A stretch of 62,823 nt of DNA, filler included, from Chlamydiia bacterium (GCA_903848235.1; 9 parts of 9 records of this genome joined end to end with filler, not necessarily neighbours in it), one strand, 5' to 3'; numbered from the whole stretch's first letter, positions 30,082 through 42,000 are shown. The notes: a model not told the origin generated them from the sequence alone. Translations and numbers: made by a program.

Positions 30082-30967
30082 CTATCAAGCAGATCTTTCC
30101 TTGAAAGAAAGTTCTTTCGCTTCCGTTTTCCATGTGAGCAGTTGGAAAAGAGCCGTTACGGAACATGTAGGAGGAAAAGCGCTTTTCTTTTTTTGTAAAG
30201 AAGGGGACTTTTCTTGGCTGATTCCTGTTTATCAAAAACTTCCCTGGTCGACGCAATTCCGCATAGGCGGGATCGGTTATGGAGGCCCAATCCCTCTGTA
30301 TAAAACCACCTCTCCGCTGGAAGAAAAAGCAAACATAGATCGACTTATTCGCATTTTGGAGCAGCATCTCGACCAAAAATGTACGAGCTATGCGACCTTT
30401 CCTTGGGAAAAATGGGCAGAGTTACCGATTGCCAAGCCAGATTTTCTCACCTTCACCCAAATAATCCATCTCGATCCCAACCCCTCTTATTTATTTGAGA
30501 AGGTCCTCACAGGAAACGTTCGCACGGCAATCCGTCAAGCGGAACGGCAAGGGGTAAAGACTAGAAAACTCGATCAGGGAGAGCTCCAGATGGCGCATCA
30601 CCTTCTCTCTTTGACCCAAACGCAAGTAAAAGCAAGCTACATCACTCCGTTTTCTTTTTTTCAACACCTTGCTTTAAGCGGCGAAGGTGCCGAATGTTGG
30701 GGAGCTTTTCTCGAAGATGGCCGCATGGCCGCCATGTCTGTTCTTCTCTATGCTCACGAATCCGCCTTTCACTTTTTACATGGATGGGATCGCGCCTTCG
30801 CTCCTCCAGGAACCAATCAAATCCTTATTTGGGCGATGATTCAGAGAAGCTTGCAATGCAATCTTCGCACCTTCAATCTGGGAGAATCTCATAGCGATAG
30901 CCTGAGAGAGACGAAGAAACGATGGGGAGCTAAAATGTATCCCATCTTGAGAGGATGTTTTCAGTGA
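30050..30967 (+). CDS. GNAT/FemAB-like acyltransferase
   Basis: GYGGP, NVRTAIRQAERQGV, LIWAMI and FNLG..KKRWGA motifs. Confidence 0.75.
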   Translation: MVNVKITILDDYQADLSLKESSFASVFHVSSWKRAVTEHVGGKALFFFCKEGDFSWLIPVYQKLPWSTQFRIGGIGYGGPIPLYKTTSPLEEKANIDRLIRILEQHLDQKCTSYATFPWEKWAELPIAKPDFLTFTQIIHLDPNPSYLFEKVLTGNVRTAIRQAERQGVKTRKLDQGELQMAHHLLSLTQTQVKASYITPFSFFQHLALSGEGAECWGAFLEDGRMAAMSVLLYAHESAFHFLHGWDRAFAPPGTNQILIWAMIQRSLQCNLRTFNLGESHSDSLRETKKRWGAKMYPILRGCFQ

Positions 30968-32127
30968 ACTCTCTTTCTCTCTTTTTTCTTATTTTTTTAA
31001 CGGAGATTGCCACCGATCTCTATATTCCCAGCCTGCCTCTCCTTCCTGATATTTTCTCTACGACCATCGCGCTTGCTCAAGCGACCATGAGCTTTCATTT
31101 AATTGGGTTTGCTATAGGACAGCCCATTTGGGGGATTTTATCAGACCGTTTCGATCGACGAAAAACCCTTTTGTTCGGATTTACCTTTTTCATAATCAGC
31201 AGCCTTGCTTGTGCCTTTTCCCATACTATCCATTCACTGATCTTTTTTCGTTTCCTTCAAGGCATTGGGGGCTCTTCCGGTCCAGTGATAGGCCTCGCGC
31301 TCCTCAAAGAATCTTCAGAAAGCAGCGTGATAATGATCAAGAGGGTCTCTTTTCTCACCACCCTCCTCTCTATTTCGCCGATCATCGGGCCTATTTTAGG
31401 GGGAGCTTTTCTCAGTTTTTATGGATGGCAGATCAATTTCCATTCGATCGCCCTCGCGGGAGCTCTCGCTATGATCTTTTTTTCTTTACAGTTTCAAGGA
31501 ATGACAAAGTCATTAAGCAGTCCCTGCAGTCCAGTTTCCTCAAAACTCTTCCTGCTCCCTCTCTTGGCTGTCAATGCACTGCTCGTTTCCTGTGTGTGGA
31601 TCTTTATCACCGAGGCCCCATTTTTTTTGATCCAAAAATTTAAAATTTCACCTGTTTATTACGGATTCTATCAAAGCGCTACGGTGATTTTTTACATCTT
31701 GGGAAGTGTCATTACCAATCGAGGAATTCAACACTGGGCTGCCGCGAAAATTCTAAAGATTGGGTTGATTCTCATAACAACAGCATCTATTTCTTTGCTT
31801 ACTTTCACTCTAAGTGAGTCTCTGACCCCTCTCAATTTTCTTTCTTCCTTTTGCATTTTTGAATTGGGTCTCGGAATAACCCGCCCTCTTTTAATCGACA
31901 AGATCCTCAACGCAAGAACCAACATGATCGGGGCTGTCTCTGCCTCGATCGGCTTTTGTGAAATTTCCCTTAGCTCTCTATTTCTACTCGTCCTTCCTTA
32001 TATTTCTTCCTTTCTCTTTCTTGCTTGCATTCCCCTGATCGCAATCAGCATTTATATTTTTTCACTATACACAAATGAATCCAAAAGTTGGGAGTTTTTT
32101 AGTCCACCCAAGGGTGTCGATGAATAG
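30955..32127 (+). CDS. MFS drug:H+ antiporter, Bcr/CflA-like
   Basis: DLYIPSLP, GILSDRFDRR and FRFLQGIG motifs. Confidence 0.88.
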   Translation: MFSVNSLSLFFLIFLTEIATDLYIPSLPLLPDIFSTTIALAQATMSFHLIGFAIGQPIWGILSDRFDRRKTLLFGFTFFIISSLACAFSHTIHSLIFFRFLQGIGGSSGPVIGLALLKESSESSVIMIKRVSFLTTLLSISPIIGPILGGAFLSFYGWQINFHSIALAGALAMIFFSLQFQGMTKSLSSPCSPVSSKLFLLPLLAVNALLVSCVWIFITEAPFFLIQKFKISPVYYGFYQSATVIFYILGSVITNRGIQHWAAAKILKIGLILITTASISLLTFTLSESLTPLNFLSSFCIFELGLGITRPLLIDKILNARTNMIGAVSASIGFCEISLSSLFLLVLPYISSFLFLACIPLIAISIYIFSLYTNESKSWEFFSPPKGVDE

Positions 32128-32488
32128 TTGAGGCAGGTCACACTATTTCCATAACCAGGAGAGACCACCTTTCCTGCATCGAAGCCAACTTGCAGTAAGT
32201 TAGCGAGATCGAGCGAAATATTGGAGCGCAAAAAATGTCAATGAAAAATCAAATGTTCAGGCCGATAACAGTATACTTGTGATAAATATTCACGTTGCAC
32301 ACATTGCACCTCAAACCCAAGATGGAAGAGCTGGGCAGTCCATTGCTTCTATGTTGATTGCAATCTTGCGACATATCATAGCGATCAATGACTGCGCGTC
32401 CCTGAAAGTGGCGATGGATCAATATTCTCGAAGTCACCTACAATTTTAAATCTTCTTCGTATCTAAACCTATCTATGGTTTTTATTGC

Positions 32489-33211
32489 ATGGCGAAAAAA
32501 CAACTTACCCCGACAGCCAGCTCTCCTCGCGTGACCTCAATTCCTCTTGGCTTTGCCGAAGTGTTGCAGGAATTAAAAAAGAAGATCCAAGAGGCGCGAC
32601 TCAGCGCAGCTGTTGCGGTGAATCAGCGACTTATCAAGCTTTATTGGGAAATGGGCAAAACAATCTTTGAGATCCAGCAAACTCAAAAATGGGGCTCTCG
32701 AGACGTTGAATCATTAGGAAATGAACTGCAAAAAGCGTTCCCTGGAATCTGCGGATTCTCACGATCTAACCTATTCAAAATGAGGGCTTTTTACCTATCT
32801 TATGAAAAAGTCTCACAGACCGTGAAACAATTTGAAGAGCTCCCTATTGCACAAATTCCTTGGGGCCATAACATCATCTTGGTTACGAAAATTAAAGATA
32901 CTGAAGAACGTCTCTGGTATGCCCACATGACCATCGAAGAGGGCTGGACCCGAGACGCTCTTGAAGATGCAATCGGCTCTAAATACTTTCGCCGGCATGG
33001 CAAAGCCATCACCAATTTTAAGGATCGACTCTCAGAGCCACAGTCCCAATTAGCGCAGGAAATCTTAAAAGACCCCTATCAATTTGATTTTCTCGAATTG
33101 CGCAATGGATTCAAAGAAAGAGAACTGGAGCAGGGACTGATTGATCACATTCAGCAATTTCTCATTGAGCTTGGACAAGGTTTTGCCTTCGTAGCACGGC
33201 AATATCATCTA
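32489..33211 (+). CDS. YhcG/DUF1016 PD-(D/E)XK nuclease (3' truncated)
   Basis: AVNQRLIKLYWEMG, GFSRSNL, IPWGHN, KDPYQFDFL and ELGQGFAFVARQ motifs. Confidence 0.9.
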
Positions 33212-33656
33212 NNNNNNNNNNNNNNNNNNNNNNNNNNNNNNNNNNNNNNNNNNNNTTAATTAATTAANNNNNNNNNNNNNNNNNNNNNNNNNNNNNNNNN
33301 NNNNNNNNNNNCATTTCGCATGCAATCCCCTAAATTATATGTAGTATCACATATACTATATAAATCTTATTAAATTGACTATTACTATCGATGAATTAAT
33401 GAGAATCTATAATGATTACAACATAGATAATCTTCTAACCGAAGACGCATGTAGCGCTCTCTCCTTCTCTACTGCACCCGGTAGTTACTGGACCACATCT
33501 CCAAAGCTCCCGAAGGTGCGAGAGCAGCAGTCGCGCTCCTTTGGGCTCGAGTGAGATACTGGTGGTCTATGAGCTGCCACGACCGCAGACACGAACGCAC
33601 AAAGGAATTCTAGTAAGCTTCCTCGTTAATTATAACCAGTGGTTTACAAACGATCC

Positions 33657-33843
33657 ACCACAGAGACACAGAGCGCACAAAGGACGCACAGAGAAAAAAA
33701 CGAAAATTATGGGTTGGGATCACGCGCATGCTATTTTTTGTGTTGGAATTATAGATATTCTAGGGTAAATTTCAAGTATTAAAAATTTTAATAATTTTTT
33801 TTAGTCTCTGTGCGTTCTCTGTGAACTCTGTGTCTCTGTGGTG
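33657..33843. repeat. Inverted pair of CACAGAG-rich repeats; related units near 33580-33605, 34811-34850, 35499-35527 and 35605-35622
   Basis: caccacagagacacagagcgcacaaaggacgcacagag versus ctctgtgcgttctctgtgaactctgtgtctctgtggtg. Confidence 0.75.
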
Positions 33844-33888
33844 GGAGTTCGTTAGTAGTATGTATAATAATCATGCGATGATTTTTCT

Positions 33889-34464
33889 TTAGCCTGTACT
33901 TAATTTAGACTTTTTGTTATCGTTTCTAGCCCATAAGTCGAGCGAGTCATTCATTTGCATTTGTTCAGATACATACCGCAAATTTAAAAACATCCTGCGT
34001 TGGCTTTTTGTCCAAAATCTAAATCCGGTTTTCTCATAGAATTCCAGGGCACCCTTCTTTGGATCTACTGCCAAATATCTGCACCCAAGGGGACTCTCCA
34101 TGGCATAACCAATAGCAAGGGAAAGGAGATAGCTCCCAACGCCATAACCATGAAGCTTTTTGTCTACAGCAAGTCTTGCGATTAAGATGCAAGGATATAC
34201 AGGATATTCACAGTCTTCGATGATTTGACTGGGATCAAGCTTATCTTTTTTTGCCTGGACGGAATCTGCTGCCATGGAAATGAAGCCTGCGACACGGTCC
34301 CTATAAAAACAAAGATGCGTTTTGCTCAGGAATTCATTTTGCTCTCGGAGCGAATCATTCTTCAGAAAATCGTTAAGCTCAGCATCGCCGGAATCGAACT
34401 GAGAAAGGTCATACCTGGAACTATGCAATAATACGGAAAGCTCCTTTTCCGGAATTCCTGACAT
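33889..34464 (-). CDS. GNAT-family acetyltransferase, probable TA toxin
   Basis: FDSGDAELNDFLK, PCILIARLAVDK...G.GVGS and FYEKTGF motifs. Confidence 0.85.
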   Translation of the reverse strand: MSGIPEKELSVLLHSSRYDLSQFDSGDAELNDFLKNDSLREQNEFLSKTHLCFYRDRVAGFISMAADSVQAKKDKLDPSQIIEDCEYPVYPCILIARLAVDKKLHGYGVGSYLLSLAIGYAMESPLGCRYLAVDPKKGALEFYEKTGFRFWTKSQRRMFLNLRYVSEQMQMNDSLDLWARNDNKKSKLSTG

Positions 34465-34616
34465 CAGAATTTATTACGATTAGCTCTGTAAATTCTCTTC
34501 GCTTTCCTGAAAAAAGCTAGCTGCTCGGAGGTAAAAACTATGCTGTTTTCGTTCCGGAGGAATTCTTCAGCTTCAGCGCCCTCAAATACCAATCCAAGTT
34601 TAGTCGGCCTTGCCAT
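34464..34616 (-). CDS. Small 50-aa protein, probable antitoxin of the GNAT (not in ORF track)
   Basis: MARPTKLGLVFEGAEAEEFLRNE..NKF; GAGGTG RBS; TGATG overlap with the GNAT start. Confidence 0.7.
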   Translation of the reverse strand: MARPTKLGLVFEGAEAEEFLRNENSIVFTSEQLAFFRKAKRIYRANRNKF

Positions 34617-34913
34617 TTCTTGACACCTCTATTCATAAATCTATATTATCGCGTACTATGCTTTTAGATTAAAGCAATTTCGCTCCGGTTTCTAATCATA
34701 TGCAGGCTACAAATGCATCCGACCCAATCGGCTCCGGTTTTTTTTGGTGCTTATATAGTTGAAAATTATTGCCTGATAATTAAACTGGTGTTAGCGAATC
34801 GGCCAAATCGTCTTTGTGCGTTCTTTGTGAGCTTCGTGTGCTTTGTGGTGAAAATTGTAGACCTCAGGGGCTAATCTCATTTTTTTGATGGCTTAGAATT
34901 TTGAGAATGAGAC

Positions 34914-35129
34914 TTATGCCTCGGCTTTATCCTGAATTTTTATCACAATCTCATGCAGAGGATTGGCTTTAGTCAATGTTGATGCGTCGATGATCTCGAT
35001 CCCCATGATCTCCCCCTGCGGTCCGTAGTCGATCAGAATATTGGCCTCTACTTCGACGGTATCGACGATCCTACCGTCACAGAACTTCAGATACATAACA
35101 TCATAATTGGGATCATAAGAGATCTTCAT
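34914..35129 (-). CDS. DUF2283-family protein (putative antitoxin)
   Basis: MKISYDP.YDVMYLKF..ILIDYG..GEIMGIEIIDAS. Confidence 0.85.
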   Translation of the reverse strand: MKISYDPNYDVMYLKFCDGRIVDTVEVEANILIDYGPQGEIMGIEIIDASTLTKANPLHEIVIKIQDKAEA

Positions 35130-35377
35130 TCATTTCTCCTTATATATTTGTCCACTCTTGAAGTGCAGTAAGCACTAACTACTATTATTGCGTCGTCTTC
35201 TTCCTCGTATACAACACGTAATAACCGTCCTTATATTAATCTTTGTGCAATCTTTCTTTTTTCATTTTTACAGTCAATAATTCCAGGATATTTTAGTGTT
35301 GATTTGACCTGTTCTTCGGTTATGCTTCTCTCTTTCATTCGGTCCAGGGCATGTTGGACAAAGATTACTTTTTTCAT
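35126..35377 (-). pseudogene. DUF4258-family putative toxin with in-frame TAA at 35231-35233
   Basis: HALDRMKERSITEEQV..RLI*GRLLRVVYEEEDDAIIVVSAY..; ATGA overlap with DUF2283. Confidence 0.75.
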
Positions 35378-35733
35378 TGGAATTCGCAATTCTCCATGCC
35401 TCTCATCCCGCATCCTTGGACCGGTGATGGCAGATACAGTCTCGGTTAGGAGGGGCGTGTTAGGGCATTGTGCAAACCAGTGGTTTACGGGGATAAAACC
35501 GCAGAGTCGCTAGAAGCGCACAGAGGACGAACGGACGGAGACGACTATTACTAGGAGGCAAGTATGCTGCTCTTTTCAAGTGCTTGTAGTAAGGTAGATT
35601 TAACGTCTCTGCGAACTCTGCGTTAATATTCATAGCTTGATAATCAAAACTCAGGTTTTCGAATAGTCTAAACCTCTTTATGCGCTTTGTGGTTTCGTTT
35701 TTTGAGAAAAAATATTATTTTGGAATCGACGCA

Positions 35734-36654
35734 CTATTTCTTACGAAACCATCTTATCGTCTCTTCCAACCCAGAATCCAGATTGAAGTCGGGCTCGTAT
35801 CCCAGCTCCCTTCTCGCCTCAGAGATATCAGCTAGAGAGTCTTTAACATCTCCCTGCCTTGGCTCATCATAAATTGGATCGAGCTTGATGCCAGTGATCT
35901 CCATGATCTTGCCTGCCAGCTCATTCAAGCTCACTCTCTGCCCGCAGGCGATGTTGAAGACACCCTCCGCCGGAGTTTGCATGGCCAGGATATTGGCCTG
36001 CACCACATCTTTAACGAAGGTGAAATCTCGGGTCTGCGTTCCGTCTCCGTAAATCACGGGCGGCTCACGGGCTAAAACCCTGGTGATAAATTTGGGTATC
36101 ACCGCTGCGTACTGTGATGCTGGGTTTTGCCTCGGCCCATAAACATTGAAATACCGGAGACATGCGGTCTTCAGGCCGTAGACTTCAGAAAAGACTCTGC
36201 AATAGTATTCTCCTGCCAGCTTGGAGATGGCGTAAGGCGATTTGGGATTGGGCTTCATATCTTCTCTCTTGGGCAGCATCGGTGTGTCGCCGTAGGCCGA
36301 GGAGGATGAGGCATAGACTGTCTTTCTCACGTTGCAGTCTCTGGCGGCCACGAGCACCTTGAGTGTCCCTTCCACGTTAGCCTCGTTTGAGGCAATGGGA
36401 TTGTCCACAGATCGCTGCACTGAAGGTATGGCTGCCTGGTGAAAGACGGTATCCGAGCCTGCAAATGCTTCTTTTAAGAGACTCAGGTCGGTGATGCTGC
36501 CTTCAATGAAGTTGATCTTATCAATGATCTGATCAAGGTTCTCTATCCGTCCTGTGGATAGATTATCGATTACGGTTACCTCGTGTTTCTTCAAGAGCTC
36601 CTCTGCTAAATTTGAGCCGATGAAGCCTGCACCGCCTGTCACGACAACTTTCAT
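35734..36654 (-). CDS. NAD-dependent nucleotide-sugar epimerase/dehydratase
   Basis: VTGGAGFIGS, ASSSSAYG, PYAISK and RYFNVYGP motifs. Confidence 0.93.
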   Translation of the reverse strand: MKVVVTGGAGFIGSNLAEELLKKHEVTVIDNLSTGRIENLDQIIDKINFIEGSITDLSLLKEAFAGSDTVFHQAAIPSVQRSVDNPIASNEANVEGTLKVLVAARDCNVRKTVYASSSSAYGDTPMLPKREDMKPNPKSPYAISKLAGEYYCRVFSEVYGLKTACLRYFNVYGPRQNPASQYAAVIPKFITRVLAREPPVIYGDGTQTRDFTFVKDVVQANILAMQTPAEGVFNIACGQRVSLNELAGKIMEITGIKLDPIYDEPRQGDVKDSLADISEARRELGYEPDFNLDSGLEETIRWFRKK

Positions 36655-36721
36655 TAGACTAGTTCAACTCCTAGTAATAGTAAATATGCCATCAATCTCT
36701 CCTCTCCCGTACTACCTGGCC

Positions 36722-36959
36722 TTAGCTTTTGTAGCCCAGCTCACGGGCCTTGGCTAAAGCTGCGTCCGATTCAGAAGAACGACTAAGTGCTCTAAGAGCG
36801 TCGCTTTTTCCTTTCCAGGCATCGGCATATTTGGGATTGAGTTCGATTGCTTTGTCATAGGCTTGAATCGATTCGTTCTTTTGTCCCAGACTGGCAAGAG
36901 GTCCGGCTTTGGCGATCCAGTAGCTCGGTTCCTTGGGGTTGAGTTCGATGGCTTTCTCA
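36722..36959 (-). CDS. TPR protein C-terminus (5' truncated)
   Basis: EKAIELNP..AYDKAIELNPKYADAWKGK..AKARELGYKS read manually. Confidence 0.8.
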
Positions 36960-37059
36960 NNNNNNNNNNNNNNNNNNNNNNNNNNNNNNNNNNNNNNNNN
37001 NNNTTAATTAATTAANNNNNNNNNNNNNNNNNNNNNNNNNNNNNNNNNNNNNNNNNNNN

Positions 37060-38237
37060 TCGATGGTTCCTATAACCTCAGGAATAATGATCTTGGATCT
37101 GTACGGAAAAACCCTATGTACAGAAAAACGCAGCCCTCAGCGCCTCAGATTCGGGGGATGCCATCGCCTCCTCCGCAGCCGAAGAACATCAAGACCATCG
37201 TTGCCAATAAGCATGTTACCAATGGCAAGGTGTCGCTGATTGTTCCTGTCTATGACTTCGGCTATGTCTCACATCTGATGGAAGCGCAATCAGCCCTCGT
37301 GGAGGAGACGATCCATGAGAAAGAGCGAGTACAACAGGATCTTCTCGTAGCTGTGGCGATCAATATGTACCGCGCTCTTGAAGGGTCAAAAATTGAGGCG
37401 GTGGTTCAAGAGTCGCTGAGGGTTCTTGGCGCTCAGCTGACAACAGCTGCGGACCTGTTTTCTGTTGGGCTAGTGACGCATAACGATGTCCTTGTCGTCG
37501 AGGTTCAGCTTGCCGAGCGAGAGCAGGAGCTGATTCAGGCCCGGCATAACATTGAAAGCGCTTTGTGCTCCCTCTCGCGATTGACAGGATGGCAGATAGC
37601 ACAGGTAGCACAGCTTGAAGATATCGAAGAGCAATTCTCATGGGAAGAGAGTGTCGATGCTATTATCTCTCAGGCTAATGAGATCCATCCTGTGTTGAAA
37701 AAAATTCAAGCCAGGACAGCGGCTGCTGCCAGTGATTATCAGGCAACGAGGGCTGAAAACTATCCGGACATAAACGCCTTTGTGAATCTCCACTCTTCTA
37801 ATGACACGTACTTGCTGCATAAAAATTGGGTTCATGGTGGTGTCTGTATTGAAATTCCGATTTTTGATGGTGGCATTGTTGAGTCGAGGTTAGCGCAGAA
37901 GAGAAAACAGCTGTCAGCATTGGATTTTCGCTATACTGAAGCGATAGAAGATATTCACCTTGGGATCCGAAAGGCGTTTCTTGAAGTAGACAGTGCTAGT
38001 CGCCAGGTCCCAGTAGCGCTCAAAAGCATCAAGCTTGCAGAAGAGAACCTGATGATCTCTAGAGACCTTTTCACAGAAGGGTTGATCATGAGCGATGACG
38101 TGCTCAATGACGAATCGCGTCTCTCTCAAGCTCGGTCAAACTATTACCAATCTCTGTACGACTTTTACATTGCAAAGTCTGAACTCGACTATGCCTCAGG
38201 GCGTATTCAACGACAAGGAACAGAACATGTTGGATAA
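37060..38237 (+). CDS. TolC-family outer membrane efflux protein (5' truncated)
   Basis: YPDI, IPIFDGG and EGL..DVL motifs; first gene of the efflux operon. Confidence 0.88.
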
Positions 38238-39075
38238 CCGTAGAAAATATGCGCTGTGTGTGCTTTTCGCTCTCCTCGCACTCTCATCTGTTACGATAGC
38301 TGAGGAGGGACAGGCGATTGAACAGAAGACTATCTGTGCTGTAGGGACTGTCTACCCTCTCTATAAAAGCACTCTCGGAAGTGTTGTCTCTGGCAAGGTC
38401 GCTGAAATCTTTGTTGAGGTCGGAGATGGAGTGAAGAAAGGGCAGCCCCTTCTTGTTCTAGACCAGAGTTTTTTTGTTATTGCCGTCGCCGAGGCGCAAG
38501 CAGCAGTTAGCTCTGCGAAGGTGGAGCTAGAAGATGCAGATCGCAATTACGAGCGCATGAAAAAGTTGTTTGACAAGCCAGAGGGCCAGGCGCCGTCAAT
38601 TTCGCAAAAGCGGTTTGAAGATGCAAAGACACGGTATGAGCAAGCGCAGGTGGGGCTGCAGAAGGCAGAAGAGGCTCTGAAAAGAGCGCAGAAAAACCTC
38701 AATGAGTCAACAGTCACAGCGCCCTATGACGGTGTGATCACCAAGCGTCTTGTTCATCCTGGGGAGCCTGTGAACACATCGCCGGTGACCAAGCTTATCG
38801 AGATGCTGTCTATCGATGACCTGTATGTAGAGTTTTCAGTTCCTCAGCTTCATATGTCACACCTTCAGGTAGGGACCCCTGTGCTTTTGTCTATTGAAGG
38901 CGCTAGCGTAGAGACGGTGACAGCGACGATCGGTCGTATCTATCCAGATATTGATGAGAAGACACGAGCGATCAAATGCCGAGTGGAGATCAAAAACAGC
39001 GACCGTTTCTACCATCCTGGTGCCCTCGTGCATGTTGTGATTCCGCTGAAGGAGGCTTCACGTGCTGCTCTCTGA
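38227..39075 (+). CDS. RND efflux membrane fusion protein
   Basis: VSGKV.EIFVEVGD.VKKGQ and TAPYDGVI motifs. Confidence 0.9.
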   Translation: MLDNRRKYALCVLFALLALSSVTIAEEGQAIEQKTICAVGTVYPLYKSTLGSVVSGKVAEIFVEVGDGVKKGQPLLVLDQSFFVIAVAEAQAAVSSAKVELEDADRNYERMKKLFDKPEGQAPSISQKRFEDAKTRYEQAQVGLQKAEEALKRAQKNLNESTVTAPYDGVITKRLVHPGEPVNTSPVTKLIEMLSIDDLYVEFSVPQLHMSHLQVGTPVLLSIEGASVETVTATIGRIYPDIDEKTRAIKCRVEIKNSDRFYHPGALVHVVIPLKEASRAAL

Positions 39076-42000
39076 CACCGCTATAAAACGCCCTGTTTTT
39101 ACCACGATGATCATGCTGGGGCTTACAATCTTCGGCGTGATTTCGTTAAGAGCACTTGGCGTTGACCTCTTCCCACGGATCGAAGTCCCTGTCATTACGG
39201 TTATCTCTGTGTTGCCGGGCGCGGACCCAAATACCGTTGAGACAACGGTATCGAAGCCAATAGAAGATGCGCTCTCATCCATCAGCTCCATCAAACACCT
39301 TCGCTCGACAAGTGCGGATAGTGTCTCTCAGGTGGTTGTTGAATTTGAGTTAGAGAAAAACATCGACGTTGCCTTTCAAGAGGTGCAGTCGAAGATGAGC
39401 ACCGTACGCTCTGAGCTTCCCCTTGACCTCGAAGATCCTGTCGTTGAAAAGTTTGATATCGACTCTGCTCCGATTATGGCTGTTGTCGTTGCAGGTCAGC
39501 AGTCGATACAAGAGATCTCTCATATTGCCGATAAGGTGGTTAAGAGCCGACTGCAACAGGTAAAAGACGTTGGACAGATCAAGCGTGTTGGAAGCAGAGA
39601 TAGGACGATCTGGGTCTATCTTGACCCACAGAAGTTGGAGGGGTTTTCCATCTCCAGCCAAGAGGTTGTCACGGCCCTCCAAGCGCATCATATTGAACTG
39701 CCTGGAGGACGGATTGAAACAGGGCCGCAAGAGTTCATCGTCAAGACGAAAGCTGAATTCAATGACATCTCTGCGTTTGATGACATGCTCATCGCCTATC
39801 GAAATGACTATCCTATCCACCTCTCAGATATAGGATACGTCGTCGATGGTCTTGAAGAAGAGCGCTCCGTGGCGCGGCTGAATGACCAGAAAGCAGTCGC
39901 CCTTCTTGTCCGTCGCCAGTCAGGGACGAATACCGTTTCTGTTGCCAATGCCGTAAAGCACGAAGTAGAAAAGCTGCGATCTGAGTTGAGCTCTCAGAAG
40001 ATAGCTCTTGAGATCAGTCAGGATTTGTCAGTGTTTATAGAGCATTCTATAGGAGAAATTGAATTTCACCTTGTCTTTGGAGGTGCCCTTGCCGTTTTGA
40101 TTGTCTTTTTGTTTTTGAGGAACTTTCGCATCACGCTGATCAGCGCTCTAGCCATTCCTCTAAGTGTTATCTCGACCTTCATCTTCATGCAGGCTCTCGG
40201 CTTTACGATGAACACCATGACGATGCTCGCGCTCTCCTTGTCAATTGGCATTTTGATCGACGATGCCATTGTCGTCGTTGAGAATATCTACCGCCATTTT
40301 GCAGCCCTTCCTTCTGCCAAAGAGGCTGCTAGGATCGGGACTGAGGAGATTGGCATGGCAGCCGTTGCTATTACGATGTCTATTGTTGCCGTTTTTCTCC
40401 CTGTTGCCTTTATGAAGGGGATGATTGGCCGTTTTATGTATCAATTTGGGATGACGGTTGCCGTCTCTGTTTTGGTCAGTCTGTTTGTGGCTTTTACCCT
40501 CACCCCGATGTTGGCGTCTCAGTTTTTGAAAAAGGAGACCTACCACGGGAGATTATCGGGCTTGATAGGCAGGGCGTTTATACTCCTAGATGACGCATAC
40601 ATCGCTGTGCTGAAGCTGGCACTACGACACCGAACGGTGACCATCGCAATTGCCTGCCTATCACTCGTTGGCGCTCTTTTCTTGGGTACGTACGTCCGCT
40701 CTGAGTTTTTGCCAACAGAAGACCAGAGTGAGTTCAACATCAAGGTAAAGACACCCTTAGGGTCATCATTAAAGGCTACTGACGAGGTGCTGTCGCGTGT
40801 CAGAGGACAGATTGAGAAAGAGCCATGGGTGCAGTACACCTTTACAACCATTGGAACAGATAATTTAGCGAAGGTGAATGAAGGGGTCATCTACGTGAAG
40901 ATGGCTGACAAAGAGAAGAGAGCGATCACTCAGTTCCAGGCTATGGAACGTGCTCGTAAGAAGACTGAGGATGGCCAAGGATCATCGTTCATAAGCGTTG
41001 ACCCTGTGATGCGTGTCTCTGGAGGGGGTAGGAGAGTCTGCTCCATTCAGGTGGATATCAAAGGAAATAACCTGGATACGGTGCATTCTATTGCGCAAAC
41101 GTTGATTTCAAGTCTTAAAGGGCGAGATGGATATGTCGATCTCGACCTCTCTTATGACAAAGAGAAGCCAGAAGTCGATGTGGTGATAAAACGCGACCGC
41201 GCGGCAGCCCTAGGAGTGACGCCAGCTGCCATTGGCAAGACCATAAAGACCATGGTCGGCGGTGTAGAAGTTGCAAAATTTAATGATGGCGGTGACCGCT
41301 ATGATATTCGTGTTCGGCTGCAAGAATCTGCTCGCTCTTCCCCTGAGGCCCTCTTTAATCTCACGGTGAAAAATTCCAATGGCGAGCTCATTGCGTTAGA
41401 GAACCTTGTCGAGGTACACGCGGCAAAGGGGCCAGTGCAGATTGACCGGAATAATAGAGAGCGGATTATCTCTGTGTATGTGAACTTGGTGGAAGGGAAG
41501 AAGACTCTCGGCCAGGGTGTTTCTGAGATCACCACTATTCTTCATGAGATGAAGCTGCCGCCGGGCTACAGCTTTCAATTTTCAGGGATGGCGGACGTGA
41601 TGAAAGAGTCATTTGCCAATCTCCTCTTTGCACTGCTCCTTGCTGTGGTTGTTGTGTATATGGTGCTTGCGTCACAGTTTGAAAGCTTCCTTTATCCTCT
41701 GATTATCATGGTGTCCTTGCCTTTCTCGATTATTGGGGCTATAGGAGGCATTGTCCTCACGTACTCAACACTCAATATTTACACAATCATCGGAATCATC
41801 ATGCTGATGGGCCTTGTGACGAAAAACGCCATTCTCCTCGTCGATTATACCAATACCCTTCGCCAGAATGAGGGACTTCCAACTGTTGACGCACTGCTCA
41901 AAGCAGGCTCTACCCGCCTTCATCCGATTCTGATGACGACGCTTGCTATGATCTTTGGGATGCTGCCCATTGCCTTAAGCCATGGCGTTGGCTCTGAAAG

